DNA of 64,000 bases from Vitiosangium sp. GDMCC 1.1324 (GTDB taxonomy: Bacteria > Myxococcota > Myxococcia > Myxococcales > Myxococcaceae), in NCBI RefSeq assembly GCF_003044305.1, contig NZ_PZOX01000005.1:579493-643492 (forward strand), read 5' to 3'. The notes beneath the pieces are model-generated. The model saw nothing but the letters and a program-made list of their open reading frames with translations, had not been told where the DNA came from and made no database searches. The translations under genes and the position numbers were made by a program. Positions 19,262 to 29,006 of this stretch are shown here, piece after piece (the stretch's first letter is position 1; every line of letters starts with the position of its first letter).

Positions 19262-20212
19262 ATGCAGCCGCGCGACTTCAAGGTGTTCACCGGAAGCTCC
19301 AACCCGGGTCTGGCCCACCGGATCTGCGACTACCTCAAGCGTCCGCTGGGCAAGGCGCACGTAGGCCGCTTCTCCGATGGAGAAATCCACGTGGAGATTG
19401 GCGAGAACGTGCGCGGACTGGACGTCTTCATCGTCCAGTCCACCTGCCCTCCGGCCAATGATCACCTGATGGAGCTGCTCATCATCTGCGACGCGCTCAA
19501 GCGCGCGAGCGCCGGCTCCATCAACGCGGTCATCCCGTATTACGGGTACGCCCGGCAGGACCGGAAGGTGGCACCGCGCACGCCCATCACCGCCAAGCTG
19601 GTGGCGGACATGCTCGAGGTGGCGGGCGCCACGCGAGTGGTGTCCATGGACATGCACGCGGGGCAGATCCAGGGCTTCTTCAACATCCCCTCGGATCACC
19701 TCTACGCCTCGCCGGTGTTCCTGGAGGACCTGCGCAAGAAGTTCCCCGACACCCAGGACCTGGTCATCGTGTCGCCGGACGCGGGCGGCGTGGAGCGGGC
19801 GCGTGCCTATTCCAAGCGGCTCAACTGCGGCTTCGCCATCATCGACAAGCGCCGGCCGCGGCCCAACTCCTCCGAGGTGATGAACCTCATTGGAGACGTG
19901 AAGGGCAAGGACGCGGTGCTGGTGGACGACATGGTGGACACCGCGGGCACGCTCACCCAGGCGGCCGCCGCGCTGAGGGAGCGGGGCGCGCGCCGGGTGG
20001 TGGCCTACGCTGTCCACCCCATCCTCTCCGGACCCGCCAACCAGCGCCTCCAGGAGTCGGTGCTGGATGAGGTCGTCTTCACGGACACGGTCCCCCTGTC
20101 GCCCGCCGCCCAGGCCACCGGCAAGGTGCGCGTGCTCACCACCGAGCGCCTCTTCGGCGAGGCCATCGCGCGCATCCACCGCGCCGACTCGCTCAGCTCC
20201 CTCTTCGTCTGA
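19262..20212 (+). CDS. prs: ribose-phosphate pyrophosphokinase
   Basis: 316 aa. ...VIPYYGYARQDRK... and ...VLVDDMVDTAGTL... are the PRPP synthetase signatures. Confidence 0.95.
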   Translation: MQPRDFKVFTGSSNPGLAHRICDYLKRPLGKAHVGRFSDGEIHVEIGENVRGLDVFIVQSTCPPANDHLMELLIICDALKRASAGSINAVIPYYGYARQDRKVAPRTPITAKLVADMLEVAGATRVVSMDMHAGQIQGFFNIPSDHLYASPVFLEDLRKKFPDTQDLVIVSPDAGGVERARAYSKRLNCGFAIIDKRRPRPNSSEVMNLIGDVKGKDAVLVDDMVDTAGTLTQAAAALRERGARRVVAYAVHPILSGPANQRLQESVLDEVVFTDTVPLSPAAQATGKVRVLTTERLFGEAIARIHRADSLSSLFV

Positions 20213-20397
20213 CGGAGAAGGGCGCCCCTGCCCGCCGGGCGGCTTGACTCTGGCCGTCCGCGCTGGCATGTCGCACCCACACCACGCCGGCCCTTCCTTT
20301 TCGCAAGGCGCCGTCTCGGGGCCCGCCACGGGGGCGGGATGCCAGAGGCGCCGGGGTTCCGGCGGGGTCACATCGCAGTCCCCCACCGAGGAAATCC

Positions 20398-21105
20398 ATG
20401 TCCATCGACAAGAGCACGCTTGAGGTCAAGACGCGCGAGGGCTCCGGCAAGGGCGCCGCCCGCCGTCTGCGCAGCCAGGGCCTGGTGCCCGCCGTCGTCT
20501 ACGGCAAGCACCTGGAGAAGCCGCTGTCCATCGCGGTCGACCCCAAGGCCGTGCGCCAGGCCATCAACACCCCGCACAAGCTCAACACCCTCATCACCCT
20601 CAAGGGCGTGGGTGCCGAGCAGCAGGTCCTCTTCAAGGACTACCAGCAGGAGCCGGTCACCCGTGAGATCCTCCACGTGGACTTCATCGCCGTGCGCGAG
20701 GACGATCAGGTGAAGGTGAACGTGCCCCTGGTGCTCACCGGCCGGGCCGAGGGCGTCGCCGAGGGTGGTCTGCTCACCCAGGCCCGCCGCGAGCTCGAGG
20801 TCTACGCCAAGCCGCGCGCCATCCCCGAGAAGATCGAGGTGGACGTGACGCCGCTGAAGATCGCCATGGCGCTCCACATCAACGACGTGAAGCTGCCCGA
20901 GGGCGTGGTCGTGAAGACCAACGTCAACTACACCATCGCCGTCGTCAGCGCGCCCGAGGGCGCGGTCGAGGCGGCTCCCGCGGCGGCTGCGGCTGCTGCG
21001 GCGGCGGCTCCTGCGGCCGGCGCTGCGGCCAAGCCCGCGGCCGGCGCTGCGGCCAAGCCCGCGGCCGGCGCTGCGGCCAAGCCCGCGGCCGGCGCGAAGA
21101 AGTAG
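20398..21105 (+). CDS. rplY: 50S ribosomal protein L25 / general stress protein Ctc, with AKP-rich C-terminal tail
   Basis: GKGAARRLR...VPAVVYGK...LEKPL is the L25/Ctc N-terminus. The C-terminus carries AAGAAAKP x3. Confidence 0.9.
   Translation: MSIDKSTLEVKTREGSGKGAARRLRSQGLVPAVVYGKHLEKPLSIAVDPKAVRQAINTPHKLNTLITLKGVGAEQQVLFKDYQQEPVTREILHVDFIAVREDDQVKVNVPLVLTGRAEGVAEGGLLTQARRELEVYAKPRAIPEKIEVDVTPLKIAMALHINDVKLPEGVVVKTNVNYTIAVVSAPEGAVEAAPAAAAAAAAAAPAAGAAAKPAAGAAAKPAAGAAAKPAAGAKK
21013..21096. repeat. 24-bp x3 in-frame tandem repeat in rplY 3' end
   Basis: gcggccggcgctgcggccaagccc repeated three times, encoding AAGAAAKP. Confidence 0.8.
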
Positions 21106-21171
21106 TCTTCTTCCTCCTGCCGTACACGCGGGGTCAGCCCGAAGGGGGGCTGGCCCCGTCTGTTTTTCGGA

Positions 21172-21759
21172 GTGTCTGCCATGAAGCTCATCTGTGGACT
21201 GGGCAACCCCGGGCGCGAGTACGAGCGCCACCGTCACAACATCGGTTTCATGGTGGTGGAGGCGCTGCTGTCGCGCGCTCGCGCCGACCTCAACCACGAG
21301 AAGTTCCAGGCCCGGGTGGGCCAGGGCACCCTGGGCGGCGAGAAGGTCCTCTTCCTGGAGCCGCAGACGTACATGAACCTGTCCGGCCGCTCGCTGGCCG
21401 AGGCGGCGCGCTTCTACAAGGTGGCGGTGGAGGACATCCTCGTCATCCACGACGAGTTGGACCTGCCCTTCGGGCGGCTGCAGCTCAAGGCGGGCGGGGG
21501 CAGCGGCGGCCACAACGGGCTCAAGAGCAGCGTCTCCTCCCTGGGGGCGGACGGCTTCATCCGCCTGCGCTTCGGCATCGGCAAGCCCCAGGGCCCCAAC
21601 GCCAAGGACCGGGTGGCCGACTACGTGCTGTCCAATTTCGACGATGGCGAGCGCCGGCAGCTCGACGACCTGATCGCCCAGGCGGCGGACGCGTCCGAGA
21701 CCTGGGTGCGCGACGGGCTGGCCACGGCCATGAACCGCTACAACAAGCGGGCGCCTTGA
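21172..21759 (+). CDS. pth: peptidyl-tRNA hydrolase
   Basis: [29 protein letters not shown]...NLSGRSL...[27 protein letters not shown] is canonical Pth. Confidence 0.95.
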   Translation: MSAMKLICGLGNPGREYERHRHNIGFMVVEALLSRARADLNHEKFQARVGQGTLGGEKVLFLEPQTYMNLSGRSLAEAARFYKVAVEDILVIHDELDLPFGRLQLKAGGGSGGHNGLKSSVSSLGADGFIRLRFGIGKPQGPNAKDRVADYVLSNFDDGERRQLDDLIAQAADASETWVRDGLATAMNRYNKRAP

Positions 21760-21984
21760 CTCGGGGTCTGGCCCCTCGTAGAAGGCCCCTCCCTGCTCGC
21801 TGGAAGGCTCGGCGGGGCAGGACTGTTCTTTTCCATCATCCCGGGTGCGTGCATCCGGGACGAAGCGCGAGGGAGACGGGCGCGCGGTTTTCCCGTTCCC
21901 GGCGGACGGTCCCCCTTGGACCGGCCGACCGTTTCCCCGCTCCTCGGACAACCGGGGGGCACTCAACCCCAAGGGGAGAGAAAC

Positions 21985-22449
21985 ATGGCTGAGACGCAGG
22001 CCGCCAAGCGGCTTCGTGAGTACGAGACCATCTTCCTGGTCAAGCCGGACCTCACTGACGACAACGTGGACAAGCTCAAGGAGCGCGTCCGCGGCATCGT
22101 CAACCGTGAGGGTGGCAAGGTCATCCGCTTCACGGTGTGGGGCAAGAAGAAGACTGCCTACCCCATCGCCAAGCAGCCCCGCGCCATCTACGTGCACGCC
22201 GACTTCCTGGGCAACACTGCCCTGGTCGCCGAGGTGGAGCGCAACCTCCGCATCTACGACGAGGTGACGCGCTACCTGACGGTGAAGCTGGCGGACGAGG
22301 TGGACCCCGAGACCCGTCCGGTGCTCGAGGACCTCAAGCTGGCCGGCGACGTCGAGGAGACGCGCCCGGGTGCCGCGGCTTCCGCCGAGCGCGCCGAGGC
22401 CGCTGACGAGGGCGCTGAGTCGGAGGAGGAGGGCACCGAGGAGGCCTAG
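21985..22449 (+). CDS. rpsF: 30S ribosomal protein S6 with acidic C-terminal tail
   Basis: ATG at 21985 (MAETQAAKRLREYETIFLVKPDL...). The longer ORF from 21916 has no RBS. Confidence 0.9.
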   Translation: MAETQAAKRLREYETIFLVKPDLTDDNVDKLKERVRGIVNREGGKVIRFTVWGKKKTAYPIAKQPRAIYVHADFLGNTALVAEVERNLRIYDEVTRYLTVKLADEVDPETRPVLEDLKLAGDVEETRPGAAASAERAEAADEGAESEEEGTEEA

Positions 22450-22500
22450 TGCCCCCGAGGTCGTCTTCCACGGACCCAATCCAGAGACGAGAGAACACTC

Positions 22501-22839
22501 ATGATCGGCAATGACAGGAACGCTCCCCGCGGTGGGGACAGGGACAGGGACAGGGGCGACCGGGACGGTGGTGGTCGCGGCGGCGCCGGGGGCGATGAAG
22601 AGAAGCGTGGTGGTGGCCGCGGCTTTGGCCGCAAGAAGGTGTGCCGCTTCTGCGCCGAGAAGAACGCCAAGGTCGACTTCAAGGATCAGGCGACCCTGAA
22701 GTACTTCGTCACCGAGCGCGGCAAGATCATCCCCCGCCGCATTTCCGGCAACTGCGCCAAGCACCAGCGTGAGGTGGCCACCGCCATCAAGCGCTCGCGC
22801 GGCCTGGCGATGCTTCCCTACAACGCGATGGTCGGCTGA
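22501..22839 (+). CDS. rpsR: 30S ribosomal protein S18 with Arg/Gly/Asp-rich N-terminal extension
   Basis: ...[63 protein letters not shown] is the S18 core. N-terminal [17 protein letters not shown] extension. Confidence 0.9.
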   Translation: MIGNDRNAPRGGDRDRDRGDRDGGGRGGAGGDEEKRGGGRGFGRKKVCRFCAEKNAKVDFKDQATLKYFVTERGKIIPRRISGNCAKHQREVATAIKRSRGLAMLPYNAMVG

Positions 22840-22871
22840 TCGCCCGGCCTACGTACCAACGGAGACATCAC

Positions 22872-23318
22872 ATGAAGGTCATTCTTCGTGAGGACGTCGC
22901 GAACCTGGGCAAGTCCGGTGAGCTCGTGACGGTGAAGGACGGCTTCGGCCGTAACTACCTGCTGCCGCGCAAGATGGCGGTGCTGGCCACCGAGCAGAAC
23001 GTGCGCCAGCTCGAGCACGAGCGGGCCGTCATCTCGGCGCGCAACGCCAAGCTGAAGGGCGCCGCCGAGGAGCAGGCCAAGAAGCTCGGTTCGGTGAAGG
23101 TCACCATCCGCCGCAAGGTGGGTGAGCAGGACAAGCTGTACGGCTCCGTCACCGTGCTGGACATCGCCGAGGCGCTCGCCGCCCAGGGCCAGACGGTGGA
23201 TCGCCGCCAGCTGCACCTGGCCGAGCCCATCAAGGCCACGGGTCAGTACGAGGTGGAGCTGCGGCTGCACCGGGACGTGATCGCCAAGATCAAGGTCGAG
23301 GTTGCGGCGGAGGCCTGA
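22872..23318 (+). CDS. rplI: 50S ribosomal protein L9
   Basis: [34 protein letters not shown] is canonical L9. Confidence 0.95.
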   Translation: MKVILREDVANLGKSGELVTVKDGFGRNYLLPRKMAVLATEQNVRQLEHERAVISARNAKLKGAAEEQAKKLGSVKVTIRRKVGEQDKLYGSVTVLDIAEALAAQGQTVDRRQLHLAEPIKATGQYEVELRLHRDVIAKIKVEVAAEA

Positions 23319-23342
23319 TCCTCCATCCCGCTGTGAAGTCAA

Positions 23343-23385
23343 GGGCCGTCCGGGACTCAACCCCGGGCGGCCCTTCCATTTGCGG
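23343..23385 (+). terminator. candidate intrinsic terminator after rplI
   Basis: GC hairpin gggccgtccggg-actcaac-cccgggcggccc followed by ttccatttgc. Confidence 0.45.
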
Positions 23386-23486
23386 GAGGGTGCCGGTCCA
23401 GAAGCCTCGGGTGTGTCAGAGGCGACTGCCAGGGTCTCTCCCCTACAGACCTGTAGCAGACCCTGTAGACTGGCCGGCGGGTAGCC

Positions 23487-24854
23487 ATGGACAACATCCT
23501 CGACATTCGGACGGGCGGACGCAGGTCTCACGAGGACCTCGCCGCCGAGCGCGCGGTGCTGGGCGCCGTGCTCGCGGACAACTCGCTCCTCGACAGCCTG
23601 GCGGAAGTGGTGCATCCGGACGACTTCGCCAGTCCAGCGCACGCGCAGATCTTCGAGGCGATGCTCAAGCTGACCGGCTCCTCGCGGCAGGTGGACCACC
23701 TGACGCTGGCCGAGGAGCTGAAGGTGCTCGGGCATCTGGCGGCGGTGGGCGGCCCGGCCTACCTGATGAGCCTGGATCAGGTGGTGCCCGTGCCGGGCAA
23801 CGCCGTGCAGTACGCGAAGATCGTCAAGGACCAGGCCATCCGGCGGCGGCTGGCGGGCGCGGGGCGGGAGATCCAGGAGCTGGCCAGCCAGGAAACGGGC
23901 GAGCTGGACGCCCTGCTAGACGAGGCCGAGCGCAAGGTCTTCCTCCTCGCGGAGAAGAAGCGCGTGGGAGACCTGCGGCCCGTCAGCGAGCTGATGGAGC
24001 ACACGCTCGATCTGCTCGACAAGATGAAGGGCGCGACGACGGGCATCACCGGCCTGTCCACCGGCTACGCCGACCTGGACCAGGCGCTCACGGGCCTGCA
24101 CGGTGGCGAGCTCCTCATCCTCGCGGCGCGCCCCGGCTGCGGAAAGACGTCCTTCGCGATGAACATCGCGACGCACGTGGGCCTGGCGGACGAGCCCAAG
24201 GCGGCGGCCATCTTCAGCCTGGAAATGCCCGCGGACCAGCTGCTCATGCGTCTGCTCGCCTCGAGCGCGCGCGTGGACATGAAGAAGCTGCGCGGCGGCC
24301 GGCTCACCCCTCATGACGAGGAGAAGTTCCAGGAGATGGCGGGCAAGCTCTACAACGCCCCCATCTACATCGACGACTCGGGCGGCCTGTCCCCGTTCGA
24401 CCTGCGCGCCAAGGCGCGCCGGCTCAAGCAGAGGGACCCACGGCTGTCGCTGATCGTCATCGACTACCTCCAGCTGATGCACCAGAAGGGCAAGGTGGAG
24501 AGCCGCCAGCTGGAGATCGCGGAGATCTCCCGCGCGCTCAAGCAGCTGGCCAAGGAGCTGGAGGTGCCCATCATCGCGCTCTCGCAGCTCAGCCGTAAGG
24601 TGGAGGAGCGAAAGGGCGGCAAGCCGATGCTCTCGGACCTGCGCGAGTCGGGCGCCATCGAGCAGGACGCCGACGTGGTGATGTTCATCCACCGCGAGGA
24701 CCAGCCGGAGGGCGAGGGCGGAGAGCAGCGCGCCACCACGGCGATCCCCGTGCAGCTCGTCATCGCCAAGCAGCGCAACGGTCCCATCTGCGACATCGAT
24801 CTGGTCTTCCTCGCCGAGTACACGCGCTTCGAGAGCCGGGCCCGTACCGAGTAG
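23487..24854 (+). CDS. dnaB: replicative DNA helicase DnaB
   Basis: 455 aa. ...AERAVLGAVL...; Walker A ARPGCGKTSFAMNIA; ...LVIDYLQLM...; ...SQLSRKVEER... Confidence 0.95.
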   Translation: MDNILDIRTGGRRSHEDLAAERAVLGAVLADNSLLDSLAEVVHPDDFASPAHAQIFEAMLKLTGSSRQVDHLTLAEELKVLGHLAAVGGPAYLMSLDQVVPVPGNAVQYAKIVKDQAIRRRLAGAGREIQELASQETGELDALLDEAERKVFLLAEKKRVGDLRPVSELMEHTLDLLDKMKGATTGITGLSTGYADLDQALTGLHGGELLILAARPGCGKTSFAMNIATHVGLADEPKAAAIFSLEMPADQLLMRLLASSARVDMKKLRGGRLTPHDEEKFQEMAGKLYNAPIYIDDSGGLSPFDLRAKARRLKQRDPRLSLIVIDYLQLMHQKGKVESRQLEIAEISRALKQLAKELEVPIIALSQLSRKVEERKGGKPMLSDLRESGAIEQDADVVMFIHREDQPEGEGGEQRATTAIPVQLVIAKQRNGPICDIDLVFLAEYTRFESRARTE

Positions 24855-24871
24855 GCCCCGGGCTCCACCGC

Positions 24872-25540
24872 TCAAACCACGAGCGAGATCCGCACGCGGT
24901 CGCGTCCCTTCGCGAGCTGTCTCACCAGGGACTCGGGCGTGTCCCCGGACTCGCTCCAGGCGTCGAGCTCCTCCATCTCCCAGTCCTCGAAGATGCTTTC
25001 CCCCTCGAAGCCGGGGATGAAGCCCTCGCGCATGGCCTGCTGCACGCCCTGCAGCGGCCCCAAGATGACCACGTCACCGAAGCCGAAGAACCGCAGGGAC
25101 GTGCCACACGCCTCCAGCGCCGCGTTCAGCAGGGCCAGCACCGCGTTGATGTTGTAGTAGTCCGAGATGTCGTGGAACGTGACGCTGTAGCGCCGCCCCC
25201 CGTGGCGCAGGCGCAGCGTGTACCGGCTGTTCAGTCCGCCGTCCTCGTCGGCTGCGTCCGCCGGGCCGAGGGCCCTCGCCTCCTGCTCCACGTCGCCTTC
25301 GCCCGGCAGCACCTGCGTGAACCTCGCCCCATTCAACAGCGGCGACACGAGCGGAAGCAGATCCCTGAACAGGTCCTCATGATCCACGGGGTACTCGCCC
25401 GCCTCCGGGTCGAACCCGTACCCACGTCCCAGGCGCATGAAGGTCTCGTCCCAATACTCGGGCCTGTTGTCGTCGGGCACCGAGGCTCCGGACGAAATCT
25501 GGAGCAGCTCGCGCAGGCGTCGCTCATTCTGGATGGCCAT
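24872..25540 (-). CDS. hypothetical protein (~222 aa)
   Basis: ORF 24872..25786. The ATG at 25540 (MAIQNERRLRELL...) is preferred over the Arg/Gly-rich upstream extension. No recognised domain. Confidence 0.5.
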   Translation of the reverse strand: MAIQNERRLRELLQISSGASVPDDNRPEYWDETFMRLGRGYGFDPEAGEYPVDHEDLFRDLLPLVSPLLNGARFTQVLPGEGDVEQEARALGPADAADEDGGLNSRYTLRLRHGGRRYSVTFHDISDYYNINAVLALLNAALEACGTSLRFFGFGDVVILGPLQGVQQAMREGFIPGFEGESIFEDWEMEELDAWSESGDTPESLVRQLAKGRDRVRISLVV

Positions 25541-25629
25541 GTTTGCTCTCCCCTGCTCGGAGCCCCTGTTTCCCATGCGGGTCTGACAGAGAAGGGAGGC
25601 GAGGACAGCCATCTGGGACGCGGGAGGCC

Positions 25630-26451
25630 TCATCCTCCGGGCGGCACGTTGAACGCCAGGCTGCCTTCCGAGAAACGCATCTCCACGTAGGCGAAGTCCC
25701 CTTGCGGCAGGTGCCACACGGCCCTGCCCGACGTCGGCACCGGACGTCCGTTGAGCTCCTGCCAACCGTCGATCGGAGTCGTCCAACGCGTTCGGACGAA
25801 CGGCCGTTTGGGATCGTGGGGGTCCTGGCAGAAGCGATCGGTGGTGCTGAAGTCGCGTGGTGCGCCACGCTCATCCAGGAAGACCCGGGCGGTCACGGTG
25901 CGCCCCCGGTCGGTGAGGGCCACATCGAAGGACCTGTCGTCGACAGCGCTCCAGGAGCTCTCCGAACCGAGCACCAGGGACGGTGCCAGGAGGATGGCGT
26001 CGTTGAGATAGGTCACCAGCTCACCGATATCGAGCTCGGCCCCCCTGGCGTCCTCGGCGGTGAAGAGGTCGAGCGGCCTGACGAGCATCCGGCCCTCGCC
26101 CCGAAGATAGGTGTCCCGGGCGAGCACCGGCACGAGGCCCAAGAAGCAGATCCGAATATGGAAGATGCGCGCGATCTCGAGGCGCGTGTTGTACTGCCAG
26201 GCCTCCATTGCCTTCCAGGCCTGGTCGGGTCCGAGCCGGAAGCGCCCGGTCACGCCCGCGCGGAAGGACCAGTCCCTCGGACGCCCCACCACGCCCATGA
26301 ACCGCAAGTAGCGCCGCACCGGCTCGGGCAGCGATGAAATGTCAGCCTCGGTGACGGGCTCGGCGGGCCCGGGGCCGGACGGCAGACCCGCTGCGGCGAC
26401 CTCTCGCGAGAATCTGGCTCTCATGGCGGCGCATCCTACTGGCCGCCCCAA
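25630..26451 (-). CDS. hypothetical protein (~273 aa)
   Basis: Coherent GC3-rich ORF. No motif recognised. The start could instead be the MRARF ATG 9 codons in. Confidence 0.5.
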   Translation of the reverse strand: MGRPVGCAAMRARFSREVAAAGLPSGPGPAEPVTEADISSLPEPVRRYLRFMGVVGRPRDWSFRAGVTGRFRLGPDQAWKAMEAWQYNTRLEIARIFHIRICFLGLVPVLARDTYLRGEGRMLVRPLDLFTAEDARGAELDIGELVTYLNDAILLAPSLVLGSESSWSAVDDRSFDVALTDRGRTVTARVFLDERGAPRDFSTTDRFCQDPHDPKRPFVRTRWTTPIDGWQELNGRPVPTSGRAVWHLPQGDFAYVEMRFSEGSLAFNVPPGG

Positions 26452-26488
26452 CCTCCGCGTGGCCTCGTCGGAGATGGAGTGCGGAACC

Positions 26489-27229
26489 TCAGTCGCGGCC
26501 GGTGCGCAGGTAGCGCGTCACGTAGCGCTTCGCCCGGCGCGCGGCGGCCGTGGGCGTCTTGCCCCGCCCCAGCTCCACCGCGAAGGCCGAGCCCAGCCGG
26601 CACCCCGTCCCCCGGCGCTCGGGTGGGCGCTCCAGCCGCTCCCCTTCCAGCACCACGTCCCGGCCCGGCAGGACCAACACATCCACCGCTCCCGTGGCCC
26701 GGTGCCCGCCCTTCACCAGCACCGCCCCGAAGCCGTGTGACACGAGCGCCCTCCCCGCCTCGCGCGCCTCCTCCACCGTGCGCACCGCGCCCCCGCCAAG
26801 CAGCCACGCCGCCTCGTCCAGATTGGGCGTGAGCGCCACCTTCGGCCCCGCCAGCGCCAGATAGTGCCGCCGAGTCAGCTTCGAGAGCGGCTCGCCCTTC
26901 GATGTCCGGACGACCGGATCCACCACCCACCACGCGTCCACGCCCTCGAGCGCCTCGCGCAGCGCGGCCAGCAGCGCCGGCCCGGGCACCTGCCCCAGCT
27001 TCACCGCATGCAGCGGCCCCAGCTCGAGCGCCGCCTTCACCTGGGCCCGCAGCACGCGCGGCGGCGTGGGCTGGTACAGGAAGGTTCCCCGCCCCTGCGC
27101 CGTCTGCGCGGAGGGCACCGCCACCGGCGCCCCACCGAGCGCCCTCACCGCGGCCACGTCCGCCAGCAGCCCTGCCCGGCCCGTGGGCTCGTGGCCCGCG
27201 CACAACAACACGCGCGGCACCCCGCTCAC
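26489..27229 (-). CDS. thiD: hydroxymethylpyrimidine/phosphomethylpyrimidine kinase
   Basis: DPVVRTSKGEPL, LTPNLDEAAWLLG, VLVKGGH and GTGCRLGSAFA match ThiD motifs. The GTG start at 27229 overlaps the upstream gene's stop (GTGA). Confidence 0.8.
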   Translation of the reverse strand: MSGVPRVLLCAGHEPTGRAGLLADVAAVRALGGAPVAVPSAQTAQGRGTFLYQPTPPRVLRAQVKAALELGPLHAVKLGQVPGPALLAALREALEGVDAWWVVDPVVRTSKGEPLSKLTRRHYLALAGPKVALTPNLDEAAWLLGGGAVRTVEEAREAGRALVSHGFGAVLVKGGHRATGAVDVLVLPGRDVVLEGERLERPPERRGTGCRLGSAFAVELGRGKTPTAAARRAKRYVTRYLRTGRD

Positions 27230-27993
27230 CGCCGGTGCTCGCGCGCTCGCTGGATGAACATCCGGTACACGCCCACGTGCGCGGGAATGGTGTGGAGCAT
27301 CAGCTCCGGATGCCACTGCACCCCCAGCGCGAAGGCGTACTGCGCCGACTCGATGGCCTCCACCACTCCGTCCGGCGCCACCGCGCTCACCACCACCTGC
27401 GCGCCCGTGCGGCTCGCCGCCTGGTGATGCGTGGAGTTCACCATCAGCTGTCCCTTGCCGAGCGCCTCCGCCAGCAGCGTCCCATCCTTCACCTCCACCG
27501 GGTGCTGCGGATGGGTCCGGTCATGCTTCTGCTCGTGCTCGTGCGCGCCCTGCACCTCGCGGCCGATGTCCTGATACAGGGTGCCGCCCAGCACCACGTT
27601 GAGCAGCTGCATGCCCCCGCAGATGCCCAGCACCGGCATGTTGCGCTTGAGCGCCCCGCGCATCAGCGCCGTCTCGAAGGCCGTGCGCGACACCTTCTGC
27701 GGCCCCATTCCCTCGCGCGCCGTCTCGCCATAGGCCTCGGGCGGAATGTCGAAGGCCCCGCCCGTGACGAGCAGCCCGGAGATGCGATCCAGGTACGCAT
27801 CCACGCACGCCAGCTCGTCCGAGTACGGCAGCACGAAAGGCAGGCCTCCCGCACGCAGCACCGCGTCCGCGTAGGGCACCTTCAGCTCGTAGTACGAGAA
27901 CTGCGAGTCCGGCCGGCTCGCGCTGAAGTCCGGGGTGATGCCGATGTTGGGCCTGCGTGGCGGCTGGCCATGGCCATGTGGTTTGTGCGTCAT
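27226..27993 (-). CDS. class I glutamine amidotransferase / gamma-glutamyl hydrolase (PuuD, peptidase C26-like)
   Basis: 255 aa. ...LLVTGGAFDIPP..., LGICGGMQLL (catalytic Cys) and ...WHPE... (catalytic His) fit the C26 / PuuD family. Translationally coupled on both sides: ATGA with thiE, GTGA with thiD. Confidence 0.8.
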   Translation of the reverse strand: MTHKPHGHGQPPRRPNIGITPDFSASRPDSQFSYYELKVPYADAVLRAGGLPFVLPYSDELACVDAYLDRISGLLVTGGAFDIPPEAYGETAREGMGPQKVSRTAFETALMRGALKRNMPVLGICGGMQLLNVVLGGTLYQDIGREVQGAHEHEQKHDRTHPQHPVEVKDGTLLAEALGKGQLMVNSTHHQAASRTGAQVVVSAVAPDGVVEAIESAQYAFALGVQWHPELMLHTIPAHVGVYRMFIQRAREHRR

Positions 27994-28667
27994 GCGTCTC
28001 CGGCCGCGAGGCTAGCCCCCTGGGCGCCCCTGTCAAAGGCGGCGCTCAGGCGCCGGACCCGCTCGGCAATGTCCTCGGCGAGCAGGGCATCCGAGGCCAC
28101 CGCTCCACCGTACGCCCCGGTGGCGGCCAGCTCCGCGATGTTCTCCAGCTTCACCCCGCCAATCCCCACCACCGGCAGGGGACTCACCCGGGCCACCGCG
28201 GCGAATCCCACCAGCCCCAGCACCGGCGCGGGCACCTGCTTGGTGGTGGTGCCGAAGACGGGCCCCAGGCCCACGTAGTCCGCCCCGGCCGCCCGGGCCG
28301 CCTGCGCATCCGCCAGGTTGCGCACCGTCACCCCCACCAGCCCCTCCGGGCCCAGCAGTTGCCTCGCCGCCTCCGGGGGCAGATCCTCATCCCCCACGTG
28401 CACCCCATGCGCCCCCGCCAGCAGCGCCAGGTCCACCCGGTCGTTCACCAGGCACACCGCCCCCGCGCGCCGGCAGGCGGCCACCACCTCGCGCGCCGCG
28501 GCCAGCCCCGCCCTCAGCGGGGTGCGTTTCATCCGCAATTGCACCACCCGTGCCCCTCCAGCGAGCAATCGGGCGGCCTTCTCCCCCAGTGGCAGCTCGG
28601 GGCGCACGGTGTCATCACAGAGGACATACAGTCCCCGGGGAAGGGACGGGCGGACGGGGGCGTTCAT
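27990..28667 (-). CDS. thiE: thiamine-phosphate synthase
   Basis: 225 aa. LYVLCD...VQLRMK..., ...VNDRVDLA...GVHVG..., ...VGVTV... and GIGGV are the TMP-synthase TIM-barrel motifs. Confidence 0.85.
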   Translation of the reverse strand: MNAPVRPSLPRGLYVLCDDTVRPELPLGEKAARLLAGGARVVQLRMKRTPLRAGLAAAREVVAACRRAGAVCLVNDRVDLALLAGAHGVHVGDEDLPPEAARQLLGPEGLVGVTVRNLADAQAARAAGADYVGLGPVFGTTTKQVPAPVLGLVGFAAVARVSPLPVVGIGGVKLENIAELAATGAYGGAVASDALLAEDIAERVRRLSAAFDRGAQGASLAAGDA

Positions 28668-28762
28668 CGGCTCCGGACGGGTGTGGGTTCAGTGGCGTTG
28701 ACAGAGGGTAGCCCTGCTATAAGGTGGCGCGCCCTTTTCCAAGAGATTCCGAGGAGTTGAAC

Positions 28763-29002
28763 ATGGCCAACACGACAAACCCCAAGTACCTCGACAAGCG
28801 CACGGCTGAGCGCTACCAGCGCAGCGGCGAGCTGGACGAGAAGGCGTACCAGCGCCACATCGAGTCCCTGCCGGACGTGGCCGAGAAGTCCGTCCCCGTG
28901 GAGACGGTGATGCACGACGAGCTCGAGGACGACGAGGACGACTTCGAGGACGACGAGGACGAGGGCGAGGGCGAGGACGAGGACTCCGAGACCGAAGAGT
29001 GA
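28763..29002 (+). CDS. small acidic protein (79 aa) with poly-Asp/Glu tail
   Basis: ATG at 28763, 7 nt after gaggag. Tail DELEDDEDDFEDDEDEGEGEDEDSETEE. The stop is 5 nt before the next gene. Confidence 0.5.
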   Translation: MANTTNPKYLDKRTAERYQRSGELDEKAYQRHIESLPDVAEKSVPVETVMHDELEDDEDDFEDDEDEGEGEDEDSETEE

Positions 29003-29006
29003 CGCC

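Noticed and set aside
28668-28762. Looked for a TPP riboswitch upstream of thiE (minus strand)
   Set aside because: The ~95-nt leader lacks the conserved CUGAGA and GAACCUGAUC elements. Only a loose CUGAACC match is present.
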